A stretch of DNA of 64,000 bases, from NCBI GenBank assembly GCA_046318795.1, contig JBKCTT010000154.1:18949-82948 (forward strand). Reading direction: 5' to 3'. This stretch comes from Pirellula sp. (lineage in GTDB: Bacteria; Planctomycetota; Planctomycetia; Pirellulales; Pirellulaceae). The notes below the pieces were generated by a model. It made no database searches. It was not told where the DNA came from and saw nothing but the letters and a program-made list of their open reading frames with translations. Position numbers and translations under genes: made by a program. Shown here one piece after another: positions 1 through 11,253 of the stretch; position 1 is the first letter of the stretch, and every line of letters starts with the position of its first letter.

Positions 1-292
1 TGACCTCCACGTCGCTAGGATCGTTGATCCCATGCTTTTCTTGCAGCCATGCGATCGCCTCATTGGAATCCTCTGGTGAAAGCATTGAGGCAAGCGAATT
101 ATTGTCGTTGGTCGCACCGGATTGAGAGCGGTTGTTGGCCTCCACCAAAAGCTTAGGTTGGCTGGTTGCATACCAGAGAATGCTCATGCCACCAACAATT
201 GCTGCGAGTGCCCCCAGCAAGAGCAAGCCTCGGGGGACGAAGGAGCCCTGGGTGGAGGGATCTAAGGGGTCCGAGTCAAATTCTTGGGACAC
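1..292 (-). CDS. Partial CDS (runs off the window start), membrane-anchored hypothetical protein
   Basis: Manual translation from GTG at 292 is open to base 1: VSQEFDSDPL...GLLLLGALAAIVGGMSILWY (one TM helix)...; not in the ORF track because it is truncated. Confidence 0.6.
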   Translation of the reverse strand, partial: MSQEFDSDPLDPSTQGSFVPRGLLLLGALAAIVGGMSILWYATSQPKLLVEANNRSQSGATNDNNSLASMLSPEDSNEAIAWLQEKHGINDPSDVEV

Positions 293-429
293 TTTTGATC
301 ATTGGTATGTGTGGAGGAGGATTCGACAGCCTGTCGCGACAGTTAGGCTGTATAAGTCAATCAGTGCGGATTGATATTGTATCCTACCAAATGACCCTGC
401 ACAGCAACCCGTCAAAGATCCTCGGAATA

Positions 430-2181
430 TTATTTCACCCGAATTGGCGATATAGGAACACGTAAGATGATCCATTTGTCTCGTCTCGATTCCGCGATCT
501 CTAGACCCGACTGTTCGAGTTCAAATCTTAGCTGGTTGAAAGGACTCAGAACGATGTACCGTACCCCAAGTCTTTTCAGTTCGTTAACGGTCTCTCGGTT
601 TAAACCAGTCTTGTAGATTCGTTGCGCTAAATCCAACTGAGGTTTGGGGAAGAACCCAGAGTAGCCGTTGACCATTGGCTTGCCCGTGTAAAGTCCCTTT
701 AGCATCCATTCCGCAACGATCTCGTAATCGTGGACCGTGCCACCATCGAGAAGTGGCAGAATGACGACACCACCCATGGGTTGGTTACGAAGGGTTTCAG
801 CCCAGCTTGCCTGTATCTCGGATTTGCTGGGAGTCGCCCCCAGTCTAACGGAACACGGCCACGGATCGATCATGCTTAGAATTGCCAATACCGTCGCCGT
901 CCAGGTACGCCATCGTGGCTTGCCATCGGCTATCCAACGAATACCAATCGCTGCACAGAGCACAATCGCAATTTGTAGAAAATAAATGAATCGATAAGCG
1001 CTTCGTACTTGTGAAAAGCCGGGAACATAATTCACCAAGCCATCCCATGCAGACCACTTACCTAGAGACAAGTGATTGCCCATCGAAAACAAAAAGGAGA
1101 TCGCAATCACAAAAAGAAGTACGATCGACATGCGACGATGAGCTTTGCAAAACAAGCCAACTAGCAAGCCAAAAATCGCGATCCCCGTCGTAAGTAATCC
1201 TGCTCCGATCGTCCAGCCCGTTTGCGTCGCCCATCCATGACCCACGATCCAATTGGAGATGGAATGACCATAGGTCGTCAAATACTGTGAGGGCCATACT
1301 GATAACTGCTCAACCAAACTCGCTTCACGCTGGAAGCCGTTTTCTTGACTTACGCGATGGTGACGCCAAAGCATGGGGCCGATCACCAAACCGACAGAAA
1401 CCGCAGTGATGCAATGGGCTAGAGCAGCCCGTTTCAAGATCTTTAGATCGCGAAACTTTAACAGTACTAGGGTTGAGATTGCTACTCCGTAAATCACGGC
1501 TGCGAACAATCCGTGGTGAACACTCATTGCGAACGTTGCGATCCAGGCGCCACTAAGCTCCAGCCCCTCTTTAAAAACGCCTTGGGGTAAAACGGTTTTT
1601 GCGGTATCCAAGTCTGAAGTCGGTGCGGATTCACCGTGTTTGAGCCAGCGCAAGATAACATCCCAGCTCCAAATAATTCCCCATACAGGTACGAGCTGCG
1701 AAACCCCGAGTTGCCAATGTGCGACGGGGAGAAGCACCATGCCACCACCTGCGAGCGTTGCAATCCAATGTGGAAAATCTTGACCCACCAATAGTTTTCG
1801 AGCGAACCAACCGTTTAAAGCGAGCGAAAGTATGATGTACGAATTGTAGGCTGCGATCGTGGAACCGGTCATCCAAACAATAGGGGCCAATAAACCCAAA
1901 ATGGGTTGAGCCTCGGACATGGCAAAACTGTCTTTCGCCGGAAAGAATATCGGCGCATCCCAATACTCTTGGGACCAATACAGAGTACCATTATTGAAAC
2001 TCTGGACGTTCCATTCTAGTGTCCATAAGTTGAACATCGGCACGGTCCTGCATGGTTCTGTGCCAATGGGCAATCTTGTCGAAAACGACTTGACCAATGG
2101 CCATGTCGATAGGCAGGCCAGAACAATATAAAAGACGATTCCCAAGCTGGAGGATCGTAACAACATGAGTCGCAGATTCAT
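430..2181 (-). CDS. Polytopic membrane protein, YfhO/GT-C-like glycosyltransferase-type
   Basis: 583 aa, many TM segments, N-terminal 'WDAPIFFPAKDSFAMSE' loop, C-terminal soluble domain with 'PMVNGYSGFFP'; start overlaps stop of upstream gene. Confidence 0.6.
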   Translation of the reverse strand: MNLRLMLLRSSSLGIVFYIVLACLSTWPLVKSFSTRLPIGTEPCRTVPMFNLWTLEWNVQSFNNGTLYWSQEYWDAPIFFPAKDSFAMSEAQPILGLLAPIVWMTGSTIAAYNSYIILSLALNGWFARKLLVGQDFPHWIATLAGGGMVLLPVAHWQLGVSQLVPVWGIIWSWDVILRWLKHGESAPTSDLDTAKTVLPQGVFKEGLELSGAWIATFAMSVHHGLFAAVIYGVAISTLVLLKFRDLKILKRAALAHCITAVSVGLVIGPMLWRHHRVSQENGFQREASLVEQLSVWPSQYLTTYGHSISNWIVGHGWATQTGWTIGAGLLTTGIAIFGLLVGLFCKAHRRMSIVLLFVIAISFLFSMGNHLSLGKWSAWDGLVNYVPGFSQVRSAYRFIYFLQIAIVLCAAIGIRWIADGKPRWRTWTATVLAILSMIDPWPCSVRLGATPSKSEIQASWAETLRNQPMGGVVILPLLDGGTVHDYEIVAEWMLKGLYTGKPMVNGYSGFFPKPQLDLAQRIYKTGLNRETVNELKRLGVRYIVLSPFNQLRFELEQSGLEIAESRRDKWIILRVPISPIRVK

Positions 2182-4844
2182 TCGCCAGGTTCAAGCTTTA
2201 TCGCAGGGAAGATCATCTCATCTGGCTTGACTGGTTCCAGATTCGCTGTTTTCAAGTGAAGTAGGACCAGCGTCCGGTGTTTGATTTGATTGGTTTGTGG
2301 AGTAATAGCGAGTTTGGACAGATTCTCATCGGTCCACCCGATCGCAAGAAGCTCTCCACGAGTGATTGGGTATCGGTTTGCAATGGTTTCTAAGAGTTTG
2401 CCCAGATACAAATCCTCATCAAGTTCGCTCGATGTCCACTTTTTTCCATCATCGAGAATCGCATTGGGTTTTGATAAAGTTGGGTTCAGTTCCCATCCGT
2501 TATGCCATTTTTCGTCATCGGTGGATTGTTTTAGTTCGCATTCGGTTTCTTCGTCTGGATTGAGATCTCCAACCCAACTGCTAACGAGCTTATCGTCGTC
2601 TCCAATACCAATAACGCCAACATCGCGGAGGCGAATTGCACTCCGATTGTAAAGGGACAATTTGCTATTGGTTTGGTCGATTTGCGCATCGAATGAACCT
2701 TGTAGATCGTACATCTCTTCCGCGTAGATGAGCCCGGTTGTGTTGGATAAAACCGGGGTTTTGATCAAGCCTACTCCATCATCACTCGCAAAAGTATAGT
2801 CGTAACCATCGATACTTAATCTGCGGCGCGACGAGGCATCTTCCAAAGACTGCGGCAGTGGCGTGACAATCCCTTTGTCATCAGGAAAGAGAGCTTGATA
2901 GTTGGTGGTAAGGGATGTGTATAAAGCGAGATAGCTAGACAGGCTGCCTCGATTGTAACCTGCGTGGCATTCAAGAAAACCGTATGATGTTTGGCTTCGA
3001 GAAAATCCTACGTCGAGTTGCACGTTTCTTGCGACGACAAACGCGCCGATCACGGCGATGATTGGTGCCATGACCCAGGCGAATTCGACTTTTCCAGCGA
3101 GCCGAAAAACAGCCCAGTTAATGGGGACTAGAACAACCAAATAACCGAGCAGCAACCAAACAACCGTTTTGATTTTTGGAACTGTGATTCCTGAAGATTC
3201 CTGCAAGCTCTCCTTGGCGCTAGCTAAAACGTAGGACTCGGAGTTCCAACCACCAAGGCCCGTTTTTTTTCCGGATGGGAACTCGCTTGCATCGGTTTTG
3301 TTATCAGATCGACCGCGGGGTTCTTTCTCGTTCGATCCCTTAAAACTGGTCGAACTGTCCAGATCTCTTGCCCAAATTCGCAGTCGTGTACTGTGCAAAG
3401 GATTAAGTTCCGTTCCGCTGAGATCACCTGCGTACATCGTGTCAAAGGTTGGGATAAAATCTAAATCGTTCGGTGTATTGGCGTTTGAGGCATTGTTGGC
3501 ATTGGAAGCTGTATTGGCTCTGGGATTGACAGGTGCGGATGGCTCTGCGTCCGGTTTTGAAATCGTCCTTGAGGGCATACGGAGAATCGCATTGTGAATA
3601 AGGGACGAGTAAGATGGCCAGCGCAGGAAGCTTGGTTCGTTCATGGGAAAGGTTGTTAGCACGATACGACCTTGTCCTACGATTTTTTCCGCGACCAGTC
3701 CCTCGAGCGAATCCATCCATCGTGCCCCTTCGGATAGCTTGCCGGATAGTTTGGGGAATGAACGTGCCGCGGTAAAGTTAATGGGGGCCGGGTCATCAAT
3801 GCGTTGAATGGTCCAGTGGCGGTTAAGCAGGTTCGAATCGTCTGCTGACCACTCCGAGGTCGAGGTATTAACGAGGGGCGAATAAGCTCTCAGGAAGCTT
3901 GTTTCGACTCGATCCAGGCCGTCGCTGCCGTTGACAATAATGGTGCCGCCGAAGTGCAGCCAATCCATTACCGCCTGTTGCTGTTCCAGATTTAGCAATG
4001 CCGGCGAACCATCGTTGATCATGAGGTGCGACATAGAGGTCATTGCGTAGAATCGACTTGGAAGTTGAGTCGCGATATCGTCCTCTTTGAGGTCCAAAAT
4101 ACGATGCGGGGTAATTCGTTCGTCCGGTGCTTTAATATGCGAGGACCATGTTGTACAGTCCAATGCCTTCATAAAGGAATATCGAGCTGGATCTCGACAA
4201 AGAGTAACCAAGCAATACTGGTAGCCGTACAGTAAACGCAGTGGGTTGCTCTCTTGAAGCATAGGAGTACCGAAGCCTTTGGCTGAGTACTGAATACGTA
4301 GTTGAGCAGGGGTCGTCTCTTTCGAAAAATCCATTTCTTCTTCGAATGATCCCAGAGCAACATCAGGCTGCAGATACATAAGTGAGACACTCTTCTGCTG
4401 TCCTTTGGCCAAAGATACGGTTCGTTGATATCGAATTGGGGCATTTCCGGAATTCATGGGGACCTCTTTCCCGAGTCGATCGACTGGGGAGAGAGAAATT
4501 GAAAGCGATTCGTCTTGTTCGTTTGCTGTGAGGCGAGTGTTCGCTTGATACCAGTGTCCTGGCTTTACATAACTGATAACAACGCCCGACTCGCTCGGGA
4601 TAGTTGCCGTTCGGTCTGAATTGACTCGCTGATTCTTCTTGGCTTCTGCCGCATCTTTGGGCGGGTCGGTTGGCGTAGTGGAATTACATCCTCGGCAGCC
4701 AGCGATGAGCACGAGCAAGCAACCGAGTAAGACGATTCGAAGATTATCGCGTGACTTCAATTTTGATTCCCCAGGTGGCCTCTGCACTGTATCCACATTC
4801 ACATTCTGTATCCATACGTTATACCGATACGTAGTCCACACCAA
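2178..4844 (-). CDS. Large conserved hypothetical membrane protein (planctomycete type)
   Basis: 888 aa ORF, N-terminal hydrophobic/Cys segment, two TM helices near aa 560-610, short Asn/Ala low-complexity stretch. Confidence 0.7.
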   Translation of the reverse strand: MVWTTYRYNVWIQNVNVDTVQRPPGESKLKSRDNLRIVLLGCLLVLIAGCRGCNSTTPTDPPKDAAEAKKNQRVNSDRTATIPSESGVVISYVKPGHWYQANTRLTANEQDESLSISLSPVDRLGKEVPMNSGNAPIRYQRTVSLAKGQQKSVSLMYLQPDVALGSFEEEMDFSKETTPAQLRIQYSAKGFGTPMLQESNPLRLLYGYQYCLVTLCRDPARYSFMKALDCTTWSSHIKAPDERITPHRILDLKEDDIATQLPSRFYAMTSMSHLMINDGSPALLNLEQQQAVMDWLHFGGTIIVNGSDGLDRVETSFLRAYSPLVNTSTSEWSADDSNLLNRHWTIQRIDDPAPINFTAARSFPKLSGKLSEGARWMDSLEGLVAEKIVGQGRIVLTTFPMNEPSFLRWPSYSSLIHNAILRMPSRTISKPDAEPSAPVNPRANTASNANNASNANTPNDLDFIPTFDTMYAGDLSGTELNPLHSTRLRIWARDLDSSTSFKGSNEKEPRGRSDNKTDASEFPSGKKTGLGGWNSESYVLASAKESLQESSGITVPKIKTVVWLLLGYLVVLVPINWAVFRLAGKVEFAWVMAPIIAVIGAFVVARNVQLDVGFSRSQTSYGFLECHAGYNRGSLSSYLALYTSLTTNYQALFPDDKGIVTPLPQSLEDASSRRRLSIDGYDYTFASDDGVGLIKTPVLSNTTGLIYAEEMYDLQGSFDAQIDQTNSKLSLYNRSAIRLRDVGVIGIGDDDKLVSSWVGDLNPDEETECELKQSTDDEKWHNGWELNPTLSKPNAILDDGKKWTSSELDEDLYLGKLLETIANRYPITRGELLAIGWTDENLSKLAITPQTNQIKHRTLVLLHLKTANLEPVKPDEMIFPAIKLEPGE

Positions 4845-5036
4845 ACCCTTTGCCTATACGACATGCGGTTCTCGGTAGTATTGTTTTGGCTGAGGTACGG
4901 TTGGATTTGTGATGTCTTGAGTGGTAGATTCTATACAACAAGTTTAAATGCGGTACCATTTATACCAAGCTTAACGTGGGTGGTCGCCGCAGCAACCATC
5001 GTAGTTTTCCAATAATCACGGCGAAAATTCTTAAGA

Positions 5037-7334
5037 TTGTCACCTGGACCCGATAAACATACACCCAGCCATACTCTGCATCAAACGATGGGTGAGCAGA
5101 TGCGTGCCGAAGAGCTCTCGCTCCGTGCGACGGTTCCTCCAGCACAAGTTCCCGGCTACAAACTTGAGCGATTGTTGGGACAAGGAGCGTTTGGTCAGGT
5201 TTGGGTAGGGACAAACCTTAACACCGGCCGAACGGTAGCTGTCAAGTTTTATCTGCACCGTGGTGGGGTGAATTGGTCGTTGCTTTCTCGCGAAGTTAAA
5301 AACTTGGTAAGCATGGCTGGTAATCGGCTGATTGTCCAGGTTTTGGAGGTTGGTTGGGACTCCGAGCCTCCGTACTATGTAATGGAGTACCTCGAAAACG
5401 GATCGCTTGACGAATTGATTCGCAAGCGTGGCCAAATTCCACTTGCTGAGGCCGTATCTCTTTTCGTCGACATTGCCCGGGGCTTAAATCATTCGCATGG
5501 CAAAGGAGTTTTGCACTGCGATCTCAAGCCCGCCAACGTCTTGTTGGACCCCGATCTGCATCCGAGGCTGGCCGACTTCGGACAGAGCCGGTTGACCGAT
5601 GAACAGACGCCATCGCTCGGTACGTTGTTTTACATGGCTCCCGAACAAGCGGACTTGAATGCGTCGCCTGACGCACGCTGGGACGTTTACGCCCTCGGTG
5701 CGATTCTCTATTGCATGTTAGTGGGTACGCCTCCCTATAGGACTCCCGATACGGTTACAACGCTCGATACCGCAACCAGTTTGGAGGAGCGGCTAAAACG
5801 ATATCGCGACACGATCTACAAATCCCATTTCCCACGAGCGCATTACCGAGTCCCTGGAATGGATCGATGGCTATCGGGAATGATTGATCGATGTTTGGCC
5901 AAGAGGCCGGAAGATCGTTTCGAAAACGTGCAGCAAGTCATCGAAGCCGTAGAACGTCGCAATTTGGCAAAGCTCAACTTGCCGCTCAAGCTATTAGGGA
6001 TCGTTGGTCCCATTTTGCTATTGATCGTGATGGCCGTCTTCTTCTGGCGCGGGGTCGGTGTGGCGGAGCGAGAGTCCTCGGCCGAGCTCAAGGAGATGGT
6101 ACTGCAAAATAACTTATTCGCGGCTCGTCTCGGTGCTCGAACGATGGAAAAGGAGATCGAATCTCTTTTTGAGTCAGTGGAGGAAGAAGCGGCCCAGGCA
6201 GAGCTTTTAAGTTTAATCCAAGGGTGCTTGGAGCAGGCGGGCCGCGAGTACATGTCCAAGCTAGAAAAGGATGCCTCCGAAAGGGAGCGTTCTCAACTCG
6301 GAGAGCTTGAACAACAGAATGCACTTGAGGTATATTTGGTGCAACGATTCGAGGTGCTGTCTAGGATATCGGGCGTCCGCTCGCAAACGCCTCGTTTCGA
6401 CAGTTTGTTCCTGACCGATAATCGAGGGACCATGATTGCCTGGGCTAGTTCCGATGAGTTAGCAACAACAAAGGTAGGTTCCAATTTTGCCTATCGAGAC
6501 TACTTCAACGGCCAGGCTGACGATGCAGATCGCGATGCTCCCAAATCGTCCTTTGAGCCAGTGATGCAGCCTCACTTGAGTGCGCCATTTCTCTCCACCA
6601 CAACCAATCGTTGGAAGATCGCCGTATCCTCGCCTGTCTGGGGGGAAAAGTCGGCGAGCAATCAAACTGACGAAGCAACCTCACGAATCTTGGGCGTTTT
6701 AGTCTTAACGATCCAACTGGGAGATTTGGACCTGCTACCCAAGGATATGCCTCAAAGCTCAGGCCGATCCAAAGAGGAGCAAAACCGACTGGCAGTACTC
6801 GTCGATGGACATAAAGGGGCTAAGAATACGAACTCGGATGGAACTATCCTGCAACATATCGGTTTCCCAAAGATATCATGGAATAACGCGGTCCAGGCCG
6901 ACAAAACGTTTCGTATCGCCCCCGAAGCCTTGGAGGATCTGAAACGAGGAGGGACAGATCGATATATCGACCCGCTCTCACAACACCCAGACTGCACAGA
7001 GTTCGGTGGTAATTGGATAGCCGCGATGGCGCCCGTCGAGATACCAAACAAATTCAAATCAGGCGACAAGACATCAGACTCCTCCAAGCTTTGGGTCTTG
7101 GTACAAGCTCGAGCGGATTCCGTGACTGCGCCTGTGGCGAGAATGGCGAGTCAAATGATTAGCGAGGGGGTCGTCGCGCTGCTAATTCTTGTGGTGCTAA
7201 TCTTTTCGCTCTGGGCCATCGTAGTTTGGGGGTTGCGGTTACCAGAAAACTTCCGAGCCGCTGTTCGTTCGCAACCACTAACCAGCGATCGAACCAATGC
7301 GACCGAAGACGTTACGATTGATGCCAATCGATAG
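5037..7334 (+). CDS. Hanks-type Ser/Thr protein kinase with TM helices and an extracytoplasmic Cache-like sensor domain
   Basis: GQGAFGQVW, VAVK, HCDLKPAN, DFG, GTLFYMAPE, DVYALG motifs; TM; 'NFAYRDYF' and 'WKIAVSSPV' Cache-like motifs; true start may be ATG 5088. Confidence 0.9.
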   Translation: MSPGPDKHTPSHTLHQTMGEQMRAEELSLRATVPPAQVPGYKLERLLGQGAFGQVWVGTNLNTGRTVAVKFYLHRGGVNWSLLSREVKNLVSMAGNRLIVQVLEVGWDSEPPYYVMEYLENGSLDELIRKRGQIPLAEAVSLFVDIARGLNHSHGKGVLHCDLKPANVLLDPDLHPRLADFGQSRLTDEQTPSLGTLFYMAPEQADLNASPDARWDVYALGAILYCMLVGTPPYRTPDTVTTLDTATSLEERLKRYRDTIYKSHFPRAHYRVPGMDRWLSGMIDRCLAKRPEDRFENVQQVIEAVERRNLAKLNLPLKLLGIVGPILLLIVMAVFFWRGVGVAERESSAELKEMVLQNNLFAARLGARTMEKEIESLFESVEEEAAQAELLSLIQGCLEQAGREYMSKLEKDASERERSQLGELEQQNALEVYLVQRFEVLSRISGVRSQTPRFDSLFLTDNRGTMIAWASSDELATTKVGSNFAYRDYFNGQADDADRDAPKSSFEPVMQPHLSAPFLSTTTNRWKIAVSSPVWGEKSASNQTDEATSRILGVLVLTIQLGDLDLLPKDMPQSSGRSKEEQNRLAVLVDGHKGAKNTNSDGTILQHIGFPKISWNNAVQADKTFRIAPEALEDLKRGGTDRYIDPLSQHPDCTEFGGNWIAAMAPVEIPNKFKSGDKTSDSSKLWVLVQARADSVTAPVARMASQMISEGVVALLILVVLIFSLWAIVVWGLRLPENFRAAVRSQPLTSDRTNATEDVTIDANR

Positions 7335-7525
7335 CAGTTTTCTTCAGTCTATCTCAGATGGATTTGTGCACGCTTCCGGTAGACGCTCGCAATCAGCGAG
7401 ATGCTGACGATGGGTAGTGATTGCGAGCGATAGCTTTACAGTCAATTAGGACTTGTGCGTTTCAAGATGCGGGCATTCAAGATACTTCAGAACTGCTGAG
7501 TCCAAATGAATTGAGAGCGTTCAAC

Positions 7526-7786
7526 TCATTGCTTCCAGAGTCGCCTAAGAAAGCTAGGACGACTGCTGGTGTACGGAACTGCCGTAGGCTGACTCTGTCC
7601 CTGAACGTAGGCGGGATTGCTTCTAATGGCAACAGTCTGCTCGGTAGTCGACTTCGATTCAAAGAAACCGTGCTGCGGTTGGAACTTTCGCGATATTGGA
7701 TCACGAACGTTTTGAGCATTGCTGACGCAGCACAAGAGAGACAGACCAAGACACACGCCTAAGCTAAGCACCGATGTTTTCATCAT
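7526..7786 (-). CDS. Small secreted hypothetical protein
   Basis: 86 aa with a clear signal peptide (MMKTSVLSLGVCLGLSLLCCVSNA-Q). Confidence 0.5.
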   Translation of the reverse strand: MMKTSVLSLGVCLGLSLLCCVSNAQNVRDPISRKFQPQHGFFESKSTTEQTVAIRSNPAYVQGQSQPTAVPYTSSRPSFLRRLWKQ

Positions 7787-8190
7787 CGTCTAATTCTCCG
7801 TAAGATGGTGAATGATACTCGCGTCAAACATCCGTGTCCGACGCGTACCGATTAGATTCAAAAGTGTGAGCTACGCCGCTCACACCACAGACACGGCTAA
7901 GGCATCACTCGTGCCGAAGAGTTTGAAAAAGTCAGATTTGTAAGAAACTCTTGCAAATGTCTGCGATTCGTATTGTTTTGTAATACGTAAATCCGAGGCT
8001 ATACCGGATTGTCGCAGCCGGGTGTAAACTGCGGTTGACGCTTTATGGATTCGGTTTTACGGGGTGCTTTCCAGGTTTTGATGGTTGGCTAAACTGAATG
8101 GCGAAGAACCATATTTGCATTAGCCCACGTTAGCTATTTATGCCAACTTGATGCGCCGAAGTAATCCACCGTCAAACAGGTCCCGTCATC

Positions 8191-9768
8191 ATGGCCATTA
8201 AATCCATTGCGCCAGAGTTGTTTCTGGGGGAATCGACTTTGGCGAAGTTATTGTTTCGTCGTCGCGACCTAATCCTCGTTGCGGTAAACTCTGCAGCTGA
8301 AAGACTCTATGGATTGCCGGCCAATCAATTAGTGGGGCGTTCCGTTCTCGAATTGAGCGAAACATCAAAGCTTACTGCCGAGGTTATTAACGGACTGAGA
8401 AGCGATCGCCCATCGGTCTCTGCTCGACATATTCACAAACGTTCCAACGGTACGACCTTTTTTGTAAATGTCGCATATGATTGCTTTGAATGGAACGGCG
8501 ACACCTGGATTTGTTAGTATGTCCAAGATGCCACGGAGGCGGAACAAACCGAAAGACAACTACGAGAAAGTCACGAACGCTTTTTAGCGGTCGCGGATTA
8601 TACCTACGACTGGGAATCTTGGATCAATGAGGTAGGAAAGGTGGTGTGGGTGAATCCGGCGGTGGAGCATCATACCGGATTCACCGTTGCTGATTGCTTG
8701 CAAATGAGCGACTATCCACTCCCCATTGTGACTCTTGAGGACCGAGCAACCATCCAACAAATTGTCCAAGAGGCTCTTAACGGTCGATCGGGTAACGACG
8801 TTGAGTTTCGGATTATGACAAAATCGAACACGATGAAATGGTTTGCCGTATCATGGCAACCCTTTCGTAATCGAAGCGGACAAAAGGCCGGCCTGCGAAT
8901 GAGTATGCGAGATATCAGTGATCGCAAACAAATGGAGGAGGCGCTCCGTGCTCATTCTTGTGAACTAGAAGAATTGGCGAACGAGCGAGCATTGAAGATT
9001 GTTCAACTCGAACAGCGTCGACTGCACAATCAGAAACTCGCATCCTTGGGAGAGGTTTCTGCCTCAATCGCTCATGAAATCAATAATCCGTTGGCGGGTA
9101 TTAAGAACGCAGTGTGGCTCGTACGTAAAGATTCCGATACTTCCGAATCATCAAAGGAATTACTGAAGTGTGTTGATGACGAATTAAATCGTATCGCAAA
9201 ATTGCTTCAACAAATCAATCAACTCTGCCGTCCCGCTACGAGTTCCCCAAAAGCAATCAATATGCTTGCGTTGATTCAAGATATCATTCGAGGTGTTAAA
9301 GCAAACGAGGTGGCCAAATCGATCGAGGTCGATGTGAAGGATGTGATTGATCGACGCTGGATTCCAAAATGGCCGATAGTCGAAGTATGCGAATCCGAGA
9401 TCAGACAGATTCTTTACAACTTGGTTGGTAACGCTTTCGAAGCTTCTTCGCAGGATACTCGTGTCTGCGTGCGAGTGACTGCGGTTAGCCCTTGTAGAAT
9501 TGCGATTGAGGTTCAGGACTTCGGATGCGGAATTGCTAAGGCTGTTTTGCCAAACATTTTTGAGCCATTCTTTACCACGAAAGCGGATGAAAGGCATCCT
9601 GGTACAGGGCTAGGATTAGCCATCTCTAGAAGTCTTGCAGTTGCCATGGGGGGGACACTCGAGGTCGAAAGTCAGCATGGTGTTACGACCACGTTTCGAT
9701 TGACTATACCTGTCCATACTTTTCCCACATCATCCTTTCTTGGGAATGAAGAACAAGTGCCTACATGA
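8191..9768 (+). pseudogene. PAS-PAS sensor histidine kinase interrupted by one in-frame TAG (8515-8517)
   Basis: ORFs 8191-8517 and 8641-9768 share a frame; the gap translates openly as YVQDATEAEQTERQLRESHERFLAVADYTYDWESW...; H-box AHEINNPL, N/G1/F/G2 boxes present. Confidence 0.8.
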
Positions 9769-11180
9769 AACGAGTCTTAATCGCCGATGATGAGCCACTG
9801 TTTGCTAGGACCACTGTACAGTATTTGCGTTCACGCGGATTCGACGCTTGCTGTGTTGGAGATGGTTTGCAGGCCCTGGATGTCCTTAGGCGAGGGGAAA
9901 CCGATGTCCTGATCGCAGACTTGGATATGCCAGGAAATCGGCAACTGGAACTGCTTCACGCATGGAGAACTCATTCGGCCCACATACCGTTCATTGTCGT
10001 AACGGGGCGTCCGACTATCCCGAGCGCCATTGAAGGTATCCGCCTTGGTATTCAAGACTACTTTCTAAAACCCCTCGATCTCGATGATTTGGTTCATTCT
10101 ATTCAACGTACGCTTCCCATCGATAGCAATGGAGTGGAAAGTGGTTTTGCTGAGATTCTCGGTTCTAGTCAGGCCATTCAGAATCTCAAACAACTGGCGA
10201 GCAAAGTCGCTAATTCCAACGCGAGTGCTTTAGTTTGTGGTGAAAGTGGAACGGGCAAAGAGCTTTTGGCCAAGGGTATACACAAAAGCAGTCAACGCAA
10301 GGATGCTCCGTTTGTAACAATAGACTGCGCCTCGATTCCAGACTCATTGGTTGAATCCGTTCTGTTCGGGCACGTCAGAGGTGCATTTACGGGTGCGATT
10401 AGCGATCGGCCCGGTCAAGTTAGTATGGCCAATCATGGGACTCTTTTTCTTGATGAGATTGGCGAGTTGCCGATGCTCATTCAATCAAAACTTCTTCGTA
10501 TGATTCAATTCGGTACTTATACGCCGGTAGGTGATCATCACGAAACAAAAGTCAACGTTCGAATTGTTGCGGCTACAAATCGGAATCTAAGAAAGGAAAT
10601 TGAAAAGGGTAGCTTTCGCCTCGATCTATACTACCGTCTCGCTGTGCTTGAGATTGTTATCCCTCCACTTCGGGATAGGACAAGCGACATCCCTGAGTTG
10701 GCGGAGTCGTTTATACGACAAATTGCGATACGAGATCGAATGGAGACGAAAAAGCTGTCGCTCGCAGCACTTGAGTGCTTGATGAGCTATTCTTGGCCCG
10801 GCAACGTTCGGGAGCTAGTCAATACGATCGAACGCTGTATGTGTCTATGTACAGGACCGGTCATTCATTTCGATGATGTGCGTGGCGCTATAAATCAATA
10901 CGCTGGAAATTCTTATGCTAATCAGCAGATCATTGGCGATATTTTCTTTCAGGATTCCAATTCGATTGGAATCGGATCTCCGTTATCCCTTTCTGGCGAC
11001 GCTTCCAAAACGGCAACCTTGGAACAAGCAGAGCGAGTATACTTTCAATCTTTGCTGAAACAACACGCAGGTAACATCTCGCAGGCTGCTAGGGAGGCCA
11101 ATATGACGCGTCAAGGATTCCATAAGGCATTGGCGAGGTTGGGGATCGATCAAAATAAGTTCCGAGTACGTCGCGAGTAA
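9765..11180 (+). CDS. Sigma-54-dependent response regulator (NtrC/AtoC family)
   Basis: Receiver domain, GESGTGKE, GAFTGA, LFLDEIGEL, WPGNVREL, C-terminal Fis-type HTH; start overlaps kinase stop. Confidence 0.95.
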   Translation: MKRVLIADDEPLFARTTVQYLRSRGFDACCVGDGLQALDVLRRGETDVLIADLDMPGNRQLELLHAWRTHSAHIPFIVVTGRPTIPSAIEGIRLGIQDYFLKPLDLDDLVHSIQRTLPIDSNGVESGFAEILGSSQAIQNLKQLASKVANSNASALVCGESGTGKELLAKGIHKSSQRKDAPFVTIDCASIPDSLVESVLFGHVRGAFTGAISDRPGQVSMANHGTLFLDEIGELPMLIQSKLLRMIQFGTYTPVGDHHETKVNVRIVAATNRNLRKEIEKGSFRLDLYYRLAVLEIVIPPLRDRTSDIPELAESFIRQIAIRDRMETKKLSLAALECLMSYSWPGNVRELVNTIERCMCLCTGPVIHFDDVRGAINQYAGNSYANQQIIGDIFFQDSNSIGIGSPLSLSGDASKTATLEQAERVYFQSLLKQHAGNISQAAREANMTRQGFHKALARLGIDQNKFRVRRE

Positions 11181-11253
11181 CACGAATAGGCTGGGTCACC
11201 TGCACCTCGTTTAGCAACCAGCAATCATAAATAAACAAACAGAATAAAATGGA

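Noticed and set aside
3478-3525. NASNAN low-complexity repeat in the 888-aa protein
   Set aside because: Short linker-type repeat with no sign of phase-variable or structural significance
8515-8517. Pyrrolysine recoding of the in-frame TAG
   Set aside because: No pyl genes in the window and not a methyltransferase context; a simple nonsense mutation or error is more parsimonious
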